From contig NW_025963813.1 in NCBI RefSeq assembly GCF_023055435.1, positions 30,070,001-30,134,000 of the forward strand: 64,000 bases of DNA, given 5' to 3'. Positions 1-11,779 of the stretch are shown here, in pieces. A program made the translations under genes and the position numbers. Origin of the DNA: Haliotis rufescens. Taxonomy: Eukaryota. Under the pieces are notes generated by a model that was not told the origin of the DNA, did no database searches, and worked only from the letters and a program-made list of their open reading frames with translations. Each line of letters begins with the position of its first letter. Position 1 is the first letter of the stretch.

Positions 1-640
1 GCAGTTTCAATTTAGAGATATATTCTTATTTTAAGAATGCAGAAACAGACAGACAGACAGACAGACAGACAGAATGCAGAAACAAGTCCCATGGGTTGTG
101 CCCTGCATAGCTTATGCAAGTGCAGTTGAGCACTATGTAATTATTTAGAGATGTTGTAACCGAGTTGTTTCTTTGTTATAACTCTGTACCGATGTTGCTT
201 GAAACAGTTTTGCAAGTAGTTAGATAGTTTTTCATTTTTAGTTTTGTAACATTGGCATGCAGTTAGTTGCAGGGGAGTGTGAAGGGAGTTTGAAGTGCCC
301 ATATAAGCTACGAAAACTTTGTTAATCTTCGTCAAATTCCGAAAGTTTGTAACTTTTAGATTATTCATTTCCTTCCTATATTTTGTAATTTTCACTTAAC
401 TTTCTTGTAATTATAATTACACGTTAAGTCAAGTCCTCTTTCTAATAATAAGATAATATCTAATTGTAAACTATCTTCGCAACATACGTCACGAGATACG
501 CACATATCATGAGATACGACACGACATCCGTCACGAGATACGACACGACATACGTCACGACATCCGACACATGCACCAAGCCACTATCGAAGATGGCTGC
601 AGACAACAATCTCTCTCGTGCAATAACCGACCGCAAATGA

Positions 641-920
641 GTGAGTGAGTGAGTTGGGTTTAACGTCGCTTTTAACATTATTCCAGTGATATGACGGCGT
701 GTCAGCTTAATGTGGGAGGAAAGCCCGAAGTGATGCAGGTCTCAGACGTCTACCACTTCGGTGAAACCCACGAGCACGGGTATGGTGCTGACAAACCTAG
801 AAACATAATCGGGGCAAACCGGGATTCGAACCCACAATCATTGGTTTCTGGCGTGCCCAAGGGCCGCAACTCTACACAGCGAATCGCGGCGCATTAAACG
901 ACTGGGCCATCCGTGCCCGC
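641..920 (-). mobile_element. tRNA-derived SINE, family A (tRNA-Leu-like head), full length with 14-bp TSD
   Basis: Minus strand has an A-box-like TGGCCCAGTCG, a B-box GGTTCGAATCCC and a (CTCA)n tail. Direct repeat CCGACCGCAAATGA at 627-640 and 921-934. Near-identical copies at 9541, 59650, 62397 and 63236; degenerate copy near 50985. Confidence 0.9.
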
Positions 921-1129
921 CCGACCGCAAATGACCTTCAGTGGTGACTGATGTAACTTCGGACCGATAGTCCCAACTATTGAGTGGGTCAACTGGGGTT
1001 TTTCCTTATTGTCTACGTTGAGATGGAAATAAACATGAACTGACTTCACTCAACCTCGAGTCATATTTGCCGCCACACACAGATTAAAAAAACACCGATT
1101 CCACTATGGATCTGATGGTGTGAAATTTC

Positions 1130-1803
1130 ATCGTCGTCAACACCCCTTTATGGGACTCACTCCACCAACAAAATTCCAATGTGGAGGGACCCTGATGTGA
1201 TTCAAGTCATCAACACCCCTTTATAGGACTCACTCCACCATTGACATTCCATTGTGGAGGGACCGAGGTGATTCAAGTCATCAACACCCCTTTATAGGAC
1301 TCACTCCACCATTGACATTCCATTGTGGAGGGACCGAGGTGATTCAAGTCATCAACACCCCTTTATAGGACTTACTCCACCATTGACATTCCATTGTGGA
1401 GGGACCGAGGTGATTCAAGTCATCAACACCCCTTTATAGGACTCACTCCACCAACAAAATTCCAATGTGGAGGGACCGCGGTGATTCAAGTCATCAACAC
1501 CCCTTTATAGGACTCACTCTACCATTGACATTCCATTGTGGAGGGACCGAGGTGATTCAAGTCATCAACACCCCTTTATAGGACTCACTCCACCAACAAA
1601 ATTCCAATGTGGAGGGACCGAGGTGATTCAAGTCATCAACACCCCTTTATAGGACTCACTCCACCATTGACATTCCATTATGGAGGGACCGAGGTGATTC
1701 AAGTCATCAACATCCCTTTATAGGACTCACTCCACCAACACAATTCCAATGTGGAGGGACCGAGGTGATTCAAGTCATCAACACCCCTTTACAGGACTCA
1801 CTC
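1130..1803. repeat. 71-bp minisatellite, about 9.5 copies
   Basis: TTCAAGTCATCAACACCCCTTTATAGGACTCACTCCACC recurs at 1201, 1272, 1343 etc. (71-bp period). Confidence 0.95.
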
Positions 1804-2834
1804 TGCCTTGGCCCTGAACAAGTTGTAGTGTATGCTTTCGGTCATATGAAAGGCATTTGAAGCGGCCCTACAATATCAATGACAATGCCGTTGCAGAACA
1901 CACCACCTGACACACATTTAAAGGAAGCCATTGATCAATACAAACAGGCTGGAAGACCACAGAAACACTGACTAAAAATAACACGCTTACGGTCGCCGGT
2001 TGTGATGCGTAAACCTCGTTTGGGGATTACTCAGAGCTGGATGAATAATCGATGGATACCTCAATTAACACATAACTGAAAAAAAGAAACATTTTCTTTT
2101 AAGTTTCAAATAAACAACTTGTGACAATTATAGTATTTAGTTCATCGTTTACATATAACTTGTTTCTGAAAATAGGAAAAAAAATAATTTAAGACATGTT
2201 TTGAATATATTTGGTATATTCCTAAATTTCAGGTTTACTATGTACCGAGGCTGCTCATTGTTCTCTCAAAATATGTACTCATCTTTAAATCGGACCGAGC
2301 GTGTTATTGGCATTAGCCAAACAGTTAAACCGGAATAGGCTGAACCCTGTTAATCACTAAAACCACCGACCGATTACTTCTGAGAACGCTTACATGTATA
2401 TCTGTTCACCTTTGTTCTATTCAAGAGTGCGAAATCGTCTCCACTGGAAGCGCTCATAAAATCTCACAACAAAGGACGACGTCGATGCTACTGACAGTGT
2501 CCATTTGTAGTGATTACAAATCTTGTTAACATATTGAGAAAATATGAATGCTTTTCTGAAACAATAACCATAGATGCCATCGCATGTAATTGATATCGAT
2601 CACCGACAAAACAATGTTTATTGTATGATAAATTATCTGCAATCCTTTTTAAGAATGTATTTTATTTAGTGATGTACTGTATGACCCAACTCAACAATAA
2701 ATGGCTGGCAAGCAAAACTGTATTGACAAAATCATAAAGGAATCAACATTAGCAAAAAGAAACCAAAATCCAATAATAGAATTAGTGAATCTAGTTACTT
2801 GCATTCAAATATGCTTTGAGGTTCATGCAGAGGT

Positions 2835-5800
2835 ATCACCATCACCACCATCACCGCCACAACCCATCCATCACCACCATCCCCGCCACAACCTACCATC
2901 ACCACCATCATCGCCACAACCCATCCATCACCACCATCATCGCCACAACCCATCCATCACCACCATCATTGCCACGACCCATCCATCACCACCATCCCCA
3001 CCACAACCCATCCATCACCACCATCATCGCCACAACCTACCATCACCACCATCCCCGCCACGACCCATCCATCACCACCATCATCGCCACAACCCATCCA
3101 TCACCACCATCCCCGCCACAACCCATCCATCACCACCATCATCGCCACAACCCATCCATCACCACCATCATCGCCACAACCCATCCATCACCACCATCAT
3201 CGCCACAACCCATCCATCACCACCATCATTGCCACGACACATCCATCATCACCATCCCCGCCACAACCCATCCATCACCACCATCATTGCCACGACACAT
3301 CCATCATCACCATCCCCGCCACAACCTACCATCACCACCATCCCCGCCACAACCCATCCATCACCACCATCATCGCCACAACCCATCCACCACCACCATC
3401 ACCGCCACAACCCATCCATCACTACCATCACCGCCACAACCTACCATCACCACCATCATCGCCACAACCTATCCATCACCACCATCATCGCCACAACCTA
3501 TCCATCACCACCATCATCGCCACAACCTATCCATCACTACCATCATCGCCACAACCCATCCACCACCACCATCATCGCCACAACCCATCCACCACCACCA
3601 TCACCGCCACAACCCATCCATCACTACCATCACCGCCACAACCTACCATCACCACCATCATCGCCACAACCCATCCATTACCACCATCCCCGCCACAACC
3701 TATCCATCACCACCATCATCGCCACAACCTATCCATCACCACCATCATCGCCACAACCCATCCATCACCACCATCATCGCCACAACCCATCCACCACCAC
3801 CATCACCGCCACAACCCATCCATCACTACCATCACCGCCACAACCTACCATCACCACCATCATCGCCACAACCCATCCATTACCACCATCCCCGCCACAA
3901 CCTATCCATCACCACCATCATCGCCACAACCTATCCATCACCACCATCATCGCCACAACCTATCCATTACCACCATCATCGCCACAACCCATCCATCACC
4001 ACCATCCCCGCCACGACCCATCCATCACCACCATCATCGCCACAACCCATCCATCACCACCATCACCGCAACGATCCACCCACCACCACCATCACCACCA
4101 CAACCCATCCACCACCACTACCATCGCCATAACTCATGCATCACCACCACTGCCACGATCCACCCACCACCACCATCACCGCCACGACGTCCATCACCAC
4201 CACCATCGCCAAAACCCATCCACCACCATTACCACCGACACAACGCGTCCATCATCACCATAACCCCTAGACCCATCCATCATCACCATCACCGCCACGA
4301 CCCATCCATCACCACCATCACCGCCACGACCCATCCATCACCACCATCACTGCCACGACCCATCCATCACCACCATCACTGCCATGACCCATCCATCACC
4401 ACCATCACTGCCACGACCCATCCATCACCACCATCACTGCCATGACCCATCCATCTCCACCATCACAGCCACAACCCATCCATCTCCACCATCACTGCCA
4501 TGACCCATCCATCTCCACCATCACAGCCACGACCCATCCATCTCCACCATCACTGCCACGACCCATCCATCACCACCATCACTGCCACGACCCATCCATC
4601 ACTGCCATGACCCATCCATCACCACCATCACTGCCATGACCCATCCATCTCCACCATCACAGCCACGACCCATCCATCACCACCATCACAGCCACGACCC
4701 ATCCATCTCCACCATCACTGCCACAACCCATCCATCACCACCATCACTGCCACGACCCATCCATCACCACCATCACTGCCATGACCCATCCATCTCCACC
4801 ATCACAGCCACGACCCATCCATCTCCACCATCACTGCCACGACCCATCCATCACCACCATCACTGCCATGACCCATCCATCTCCACCATCACTGCCACAA
4901 CCCATCCATCACCACCATCACTGCCACAACCCATCCATCACCACCATCATCGCCACAACCTACCATCACCACCATCACTGCCACAACCCATCCATCACCA
5001 CCATCACTGCCACAACCCATCCATCACCACCATCACTGCCATGACCCATCCATCTCCACCATCACCGCCACGACCCATCCATCACCACCATCATCGCCAC
5101 AACCCATCCATCACCACCATCATCGCCACAACCCATCCATCACCACCATCATCGCCACAACCCATCCATCACCACCATCACTGCCATGACCCATCCATCT
5201 CCACCATCACCGCCACAACCCATCCATCACCACCATCATCGCCACAACCCATCCATCTCCACCATCACTGCCATGACCCATCCATCACCACCATCACAGC
5301 CACGACCCATCCATCTCCACCATCACTGCCACAACCCATCCATCACCACCATCACTGCCATGACCCATCCATCATCACCATCCCCGCCACAACCCATCCA
5401 TCTCCACCATCACTGCCATGACCCATCCATCACCACCATCACAGCCACGACCCATCCATCTCCACCATCACGGCCACAACCCATCCATCACCACCATCAC
5501 TGCCATGACCCATCCATCATCACCATCACTGCCACGACCCATCCATCACCGCCACACCCCATCCATCACCGCCACACCCCATCCACCGCCACACCCCATC
5601 CACCGCCACACCCCATCCACCACCACACCCCATCCATCACCGCCACACCCCATCCATCACCGCCACACCCCATGCACCGCCACACCCCATCCACCACCAC
5701 ACCCCATCCATCACCGCCACACCCCATCCACCGCCACATCCCATCCATCACCGCCACACCCCTTCCACCGCCAGACCCATCCACCACCACACCCCATCCA

Positions 5801-7135
5801 TCACCGCCACAGCCCATCCACCACCACACTCCATCCATCACTGCCACACACCATCCACCGCCACATCCAATCCATCACCGCCACACCCCATCCCCGCCAC
5901 ACCCCATCCATTACCGCCACACCCCATCCACCGCCACACCCCATCCACCGCCACACCCCATCCATTACCGCCACACCCTATCCACCGCCACACCCCATCC
6001 ACCACCACACCCGATCCAACACCACACCCCATCCACCACCACACCCCATCCATCACCGCCACACCCCATCCATCACCGTCACACCCCATCCATCACCGCC
6101 ACACCCCATCCATCACCGCCACACCCCATCCACCGCCATCACCGCCACACCCCATCCACCGCCACACCCCATCCATCACCGCCACACTCCATCCATCACC
6201 GCCACACCCCATCCACCAACATCACCGCCACACCCCATCCATCACCGCCACACCCCATCCATCACCGTCACACCCCATCCATCACCGCCACACCCCATCC
6301 ATCACCGCCACACCCCATCCACCGCCATCACCGCCACACCCCATCCATCACCGCCACACTCCATCCACCGCCACACCCCATCCACCACCATCACCGCCAC
6401 ACCCCATCCATCACCGCCACACCCCATCCACCGCCACACCCAATCCACCGCCACACCCCATCCATCACCGCCACACCAAATCCACCGCCACACCCAATCC
6501 ATTTCCACACCCCATCCAGCGCCACACCTCATCCATCACCGTCACACCCCATCCATTACCGCCACACCCCATCCACCACCATCACCACCACACCCCATCC
6601 ACCGCCACACCCCATGCATCACCGTCACACCCCATCCATTACCGCCACACCCCATCCACCACCATCACCACCACACCCCATCCACCGCCACACCCCATGC
6701 ATCACCGCCACACCCCATCCACCGCCACACCCCATCCATTACCGCCACACCCCATCCACAGCCACACCCCATCCACCGCCACACCCCATCCATTACCGCC
6801 ACACCCCATCCACCGCCACACCCCATCCACTGCCACACCCCATCCACCACCAGACCCCATCCATCCCCACCACGCCCCATCCACTACCACACCCCATCCA
6901 TCACCGCCACACCCAAAAAATCACCGCCACATCCCATCCACCGCCACACCCTATCCATCACCGCCACACCCCATCCACCACCGCCACACCCCATCCACCA
7001 CCATCACCGCCACACCCCATCCACCACCATCACCGCCACACCCCATCCATCACCGCCACACCCCATCCACCGCCACACCCCATCCACCGCCACACCCCAT
7101 CCATCACCATAACCGCCACACCCCATTCCCCGTCA
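2835..7135. repeat. C/A-rich minisatellite: about 29-bp unit (CCACAACCCATCCATCACCACCATCATCG) grading after about 5540 into a 16-20-bp unit (CCGCCACACCCCATCCATCA)
   Basis: Directly visible tandem array. The unit is not a multiple of 3, so all frames give the same cycling H/P/T peptides. Confidence 0.95.
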
Positions 7136-7532
7136 CAAACATCCACCGCGACATCCATCCACCAGAGAAGGACACTATTCAAGTAAAGACCCTGCGCCAC
7201 ATGACAACTCACATCCTGAAAGACAGGGGTTGTTGACAACTGGGTTAGAAACACTGTACTGCCTACAAGCGTGCATACCACGTCACCAAGTAATACAGAT
7301 AATACCAGTGCCCGAAGTAAACGCGGCAAACATAATCGACAACAGCAACCCACGGAACAAACACAGCCATGTCCGAATACAGTGAAGGTAACTCGTCAAT
7401 CTACAAGTTTGTAATAACAAAACCCTTCGAATTTGAAATATTTAGCGATGTGCATGTACTCTGTATGTTTTTATATTTAGCCCCGTCACGATCATTACGC
7501 AAAAGTTCCATTTCTGCCTTTGAATAGAACTA

Positions 7533-7654
7533 CAGTAAACTACGGTTATAACGAACTCGAAGGGACCACTAACTTAGTTTGTCGGGACCAAAAAATCAGT
7601 TTGTTATATCCGTCAGTTCGTTATAAGCGTGTTCGTTATAAACGTACTTTACTG
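7533..7654. mobile_element. Tc1/mariner (pogo/Tigger-like) MITE, internally deleted copy
   Basis: TA|CAGTAAA...TTTACTG|TA termini with TTATAACGAAC subterminal motifs. Same family at 57426-57602 and 62914-63088. Confidence 0.8.
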
Positions 7655-8092
7655 TATTCTTAAACGCAGCGAATGTTTGTGCACGTATCGTTGTGTCTCG
7701 CACTTATGCAAATATGATCAAAACAATATCTGGGTCAGCTTGACGGTTTCACTGTGAAATTATTATTTTTAACATAGACAAGAGTACTTTCTCAAGCAGA
7801 CCGATACATTAAGGCAAACACTTAGCTGATGTCTAAATGCAAATGAACTTTGGTCAGTGGGTAGCGTATCCAAAAAGTATTATCAGGTTATTAGCCAGCC
7901 GGACATTGCCCACATGAAGAGCTGTGTGTGAAAGGTTACAAACAATGGTATGTAAAGTGCAGCCCTGGTGTCAGGGTGACCTGCGACGTGGCTAGTTATT
8001 TTTAGAGCTATAATGGGATGATTTGAATGTGGTTAACACCACATGAAATAACAGTTTACAAAAATATCATATCACAGCTTGTCAACTTAACC

Positions 8093-8201
8093 ACGGGGGA
8101 CACCTGAAATGGGTCCCACACATTGTACCCATGTCGGGAATCGAACCCGGGTCTTCGGCGTGACGAGCGAACGCTTTAACCACTAGGCTACCCGAACGCC
8201 C
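8093..8201 (-). mobile_element. tRNA-derived SINE family B, partial
   Basis: Minus strand GGGTAGCCTAGTGGTTAAAGCGTTCGCTCGTCACGCCGAAGACCCGGGTTCGATTCCC (A and B boxes). Confidence 0.85.
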
Positions 8202-8721
8202 ACTTGATGTTTGGGGAAGTCTTAACTGCCCAAGGCCTTAGACGTTTACTCATTTGATGAAAACCACGACCCTGATTGTCATGAGCTAAGTTTTCACTCT
8301 TTAAACATTTTAAATTGGCCCCTATATATGAGCCTCCTATTTACATTATTTGTGCACAAAATCAACATTTTCCCCGAGTGCTCAATCAGTATTAGCTGAA
8401 AGCGCTCGTAAAATCGTTAGGTATGGTGAAACGTGTGTTCTGCAAAAAAGGAGTGAGTGAGTCGGTTTTAACGCCGACTTTAACAGTGTTCCAGTTATAT
8501 CGCGGCGTGTCAGCATAATGTGGGAGGAAAGCCCGATGCGTTAAACCCAACTCACTCACTCACTTCAGGCATGCCTGTCAAATCAAACTGACACGTGATA
8601 TAACCGAAACACTGTTCAAAGCTAGGTTGGACCCTCACACTTATTCACTACTAACAACAAACATTTTATAGCCGAGACCCGGGCATTCAAATAGCTTTCA
8701 GTTGACAGTCAAACAGTCAAG

Positions 8722-8950
8722 TACGGAAGCGTAGTGGGGCCACGGTGATTTTTTTTTTATCTAAATATCTCCTACGTAGGACTTAGTATCTTCTACGTAG
8801 GACTTAGTATCTCCTACGTAGGACTTACTATCTCTTACGTAGGACTTAGTATGACCTAGAATCACTATCTCCTACGTAGGATATTATAAGTCCTACGTTG
8901 GAGATACTTAAAAAACAAACACTTCACCGTGGCCCTACTACGCTTCCGTA
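8722..8950. mobile_element. Non-autonomous TIR element (MITE) with 6-bp TSD
   Basis: About 27-bp TIRs TACGGAAGCGTAGTGGGGCCACGGTGA / TCACCGTGGCCCTACTACGCTTCCGTA. GTCAAG on both sides (8716-8721, 8951-8956). Internal about 21-bp TATCTCCTACGTAGGACTTAG repeats. Confidence 0.85.
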
Positions 8951-9275
8951 GTCAAGCTCGTGACTGCGGCTCATATCCTGGTAATAACTATCAGCTACAA
9001 CTGTTTCTCGACATGTCAAGAGAATGAGGCAAGCCTGGATTAAGTACGAAAGCGATATCCCCTCCTGGCCACCATAGATAACGAATTGTTTTTTGACGTG
9101 TGTTATACACACACCCTCTTATCTCTCAGTATTTGATACTAGAGGTCAATATACGACTGCTCCAAGTCCCAGGAGATTCTAACTGAACCTTAGGCCTCTC
9201 TTTTAAATCACTTGGTTCACTGGTTATTGTTCCCGAGCCATGGTTGGAATAAATAAACTGACGTCCAATAGAAAG

Positions 9276-9406
9276 AGTGAGTGAGTGAGTATGGTTTAAC
9301 ACCGCTTTTAGAAATATTCCCGCAATATCACGGCCATGTAGGGAATCGAACCCGGGTCTTCGGCGTGACGAACAAACGCTTTAACCACTAGGCTACCCGA
9401 CCGCCC
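9276..9406 (-). mobile_element. SINE family B (internally deleted) with TSD CAATAGAAAGA
   Basis: Same head and tail as other family B copies; flanking direct repeat. Confidence 0.85.
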
Positions 9407-10158
9407 TCAATAGAAAGAACTCCGTGAGAGACGATTGCAGCTGGGCGAAAGCATGCACGTTAATACATATACATATATCTAAATAATAAGAGTGGTATTT
9501 TAGCATCTTGTGAACAAAACTTCACTTCATAAAAGCAGAGGGGGGCACGGGTGGCCCAGTAGTCTAAGGCGCCGCGGTTCTTTGTGCAGAGTTGCGTCCC
9601 TTGGTCACGCCAGAAACCTATGATTGTGGGTTCGAATCCCGGTTCGGACCGATTATGTTTCTAGGTTTGTCAGCATCATACCCGTGCTCGTGGGTTTCAC
9701 CGAAATGGTAGACCTGCATCACTTCGAGCTTTCCTCCCACATTAAGCTGACACGCCATAATATACAGTCAGGGACGAGCATGGCTTTCCATCTAAGCTTT
9801 ATCGACGGCTTGCCGACTAAAATGCCACTAATTTTGCAACCCCCAAAAATCCCCATAACCCGGTTACTTTGCAAGCAACACACTCCCACCAGTGCCATAC
9901 ACTAACTGCTCCCTTGCCTCAATGCGTGGTGCTATAAATAGACCAGGGGCGGTATTCACAAAGCTTCTTAGAATTTTCTTAAGCCTTAAGAATTCTTAAA
10001 TCCACAAAGAAATCTTAGTTTCCCTAACAACCAACTTAAGTTTTAAAAAATTTCTTAAGTCATATTCACAGAGCTTCTCAGTGCTTAGTTCTTTGCTTAA
10101 GTTTAAGATACCTCATGAGCTTACTTAAGTCCTTAAGAATTTTCTGAAGACATCCAAT

Positions 10159-11779
10159 ATGGCTGCCATAGGTATTGTACAAACCACCGCTAGACGAGAT
10201 GTACTGCAAATATATTCTGACAAAGAACTAATCAGAAGATACAGGTTAAACGAAAGTGGTATTGAATATGTGACTGGGTTAATTGCTGATAAAATATGTC
10301 CTAGCACCTCTCGTTCTCATGCCATGACAGGAACTGAAAAGGTTGTAGCAACGCTACGTTATTTCGCTACAGGCAAAATGCAATTATGCAGCGGGGATGA
10401 CTTGGGTCTTTCCTAATCGTCGGTCAGTCGGGCGATAGAGCAGACAGTGTCAGCTTTGTCCGACGCCGAGATAGCATCCCAGTTTATTCACTTTCCGACA
10501 ACACAGGGTTGTATTCGTTGGAATCAAGCGGCGTTTTACAACATCGCTCTCTTCCCTGGCCTTGTTGGAGTGATTGATGGATCCCATGTGCAGATTATTG
10601 CACCATCTGTTGACGAACCCTCATATGTAAATCGTAAACAGTACCACAGTATAAACACACAGATTGTATTTGATCCAAACAACATGATAATTGACCTTGT
10701 TGCGAAGTGGCCAGGCTCGACACACGACTCGAGAATACTCACCGAAAGCGGGCTTCATATTTTATTTGAACGACACATCGTGCCAACCGGATGTCACCTA
10801 CTTGGAGATAGTGGCTACCCCTGCAGAAACTGGCTGCTTACGCCGTACTTGAGACCAAATCCTGGCTCACAGACATCCTACAATCGGTAATATTCTCCTA
10901 CATTCGTGAACACGCAATCGTAATGAGAGTTATCCCCCTTCAAAATTACAAAAGTGAGAATTGGTTGTTGTGAAAAGTTTAAGTGTTCAAATGTGAAAAG
11001 ATATTTGGTTGTGCATATATATATCGAAAGTGAACATTAAGAAATTACCCATATAAAAATATGAAATATATTTAATGACAGATAAGCAAGAAAAACATTT
11101 ATGTTTAAAAAAACATAAAAAATATTCTAAAAATATATAGGTCAATGTGAATCACTTTTTACAAAGTATAAAAAAGCTAAATATTTTAGTCATTACATCA
11201 AGTGACTAAAACATCTGTCCATTCACCTAACAGACTGGATAATCGTTATTGGAGTTCAAAAGGGCTTAGACACTTCTCAATAATTATTGACTACTCATGT
11301 TCAATCACTGAGTGATGAAATAGAGCATAATAATGTTTGGATTTTTACTCAATTTGTAAGATAACTGAAACAAATTTGTGGAAATTCATTATGGAACACA
11401 CTGACTGTAATACACACATATCTGTAAATTGTTGTGTGTGTGTGTGTGTGTGTGTGTATGTATTAGACGGGTTCTGAACTTGTTTTCCAGAGCACATAAA
11501 AGGACGCGGAGTGTCGTGGAAAGAGGTATAGGCCAGCTCAAGAGACGGTTCCATGTCTTACATGGAGAGATTCGCCTTTCTCCAATTAAGGCATGTAAAA
11601 TCATAACATGTTGTGGAATTCTGCATAACATCTGCAAGATAAGGAATATCCCATTACCTGACAGTGAGTCCAATGATCCGGATGAAGACATGACAGCCCC
11701 CTACAGAGAGAGAGATATTCCTGGCCACAACTTGACCTTCAGGAATCACTTTGCAAACACTCACTTTCAGTGTGAGTGA
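10159..11779 (+). pseudogene. Harbinger (HARBI1-like DDE) transposase of E1; exons 10159-10886 and 11491-11779; premature stop at 10414-10416
   Basis: Motifs [51 protein letters not shown] phase-2 intron in YNR|AHKR. In-frame TAA where E2 has Gln (GLSQ). Confidence 0.92.

Noticed and set aside
1130-1803. CRISPR-like array
   Set aside because: Only two recurring variable segments rather than unique spacers, no cas genes, and a eukaryotic context.
2701-7236. Long His/Pro/Thr-rich ORFs (up to 666 aa) resembling extensin, mucin or metal-binding proteins
   Set aside because: The 29-bp and 16-20-bp units are not multiples of 3, several frames are open at once because the strand lacks stops, and there is no signal peptide: a repeat artefact.
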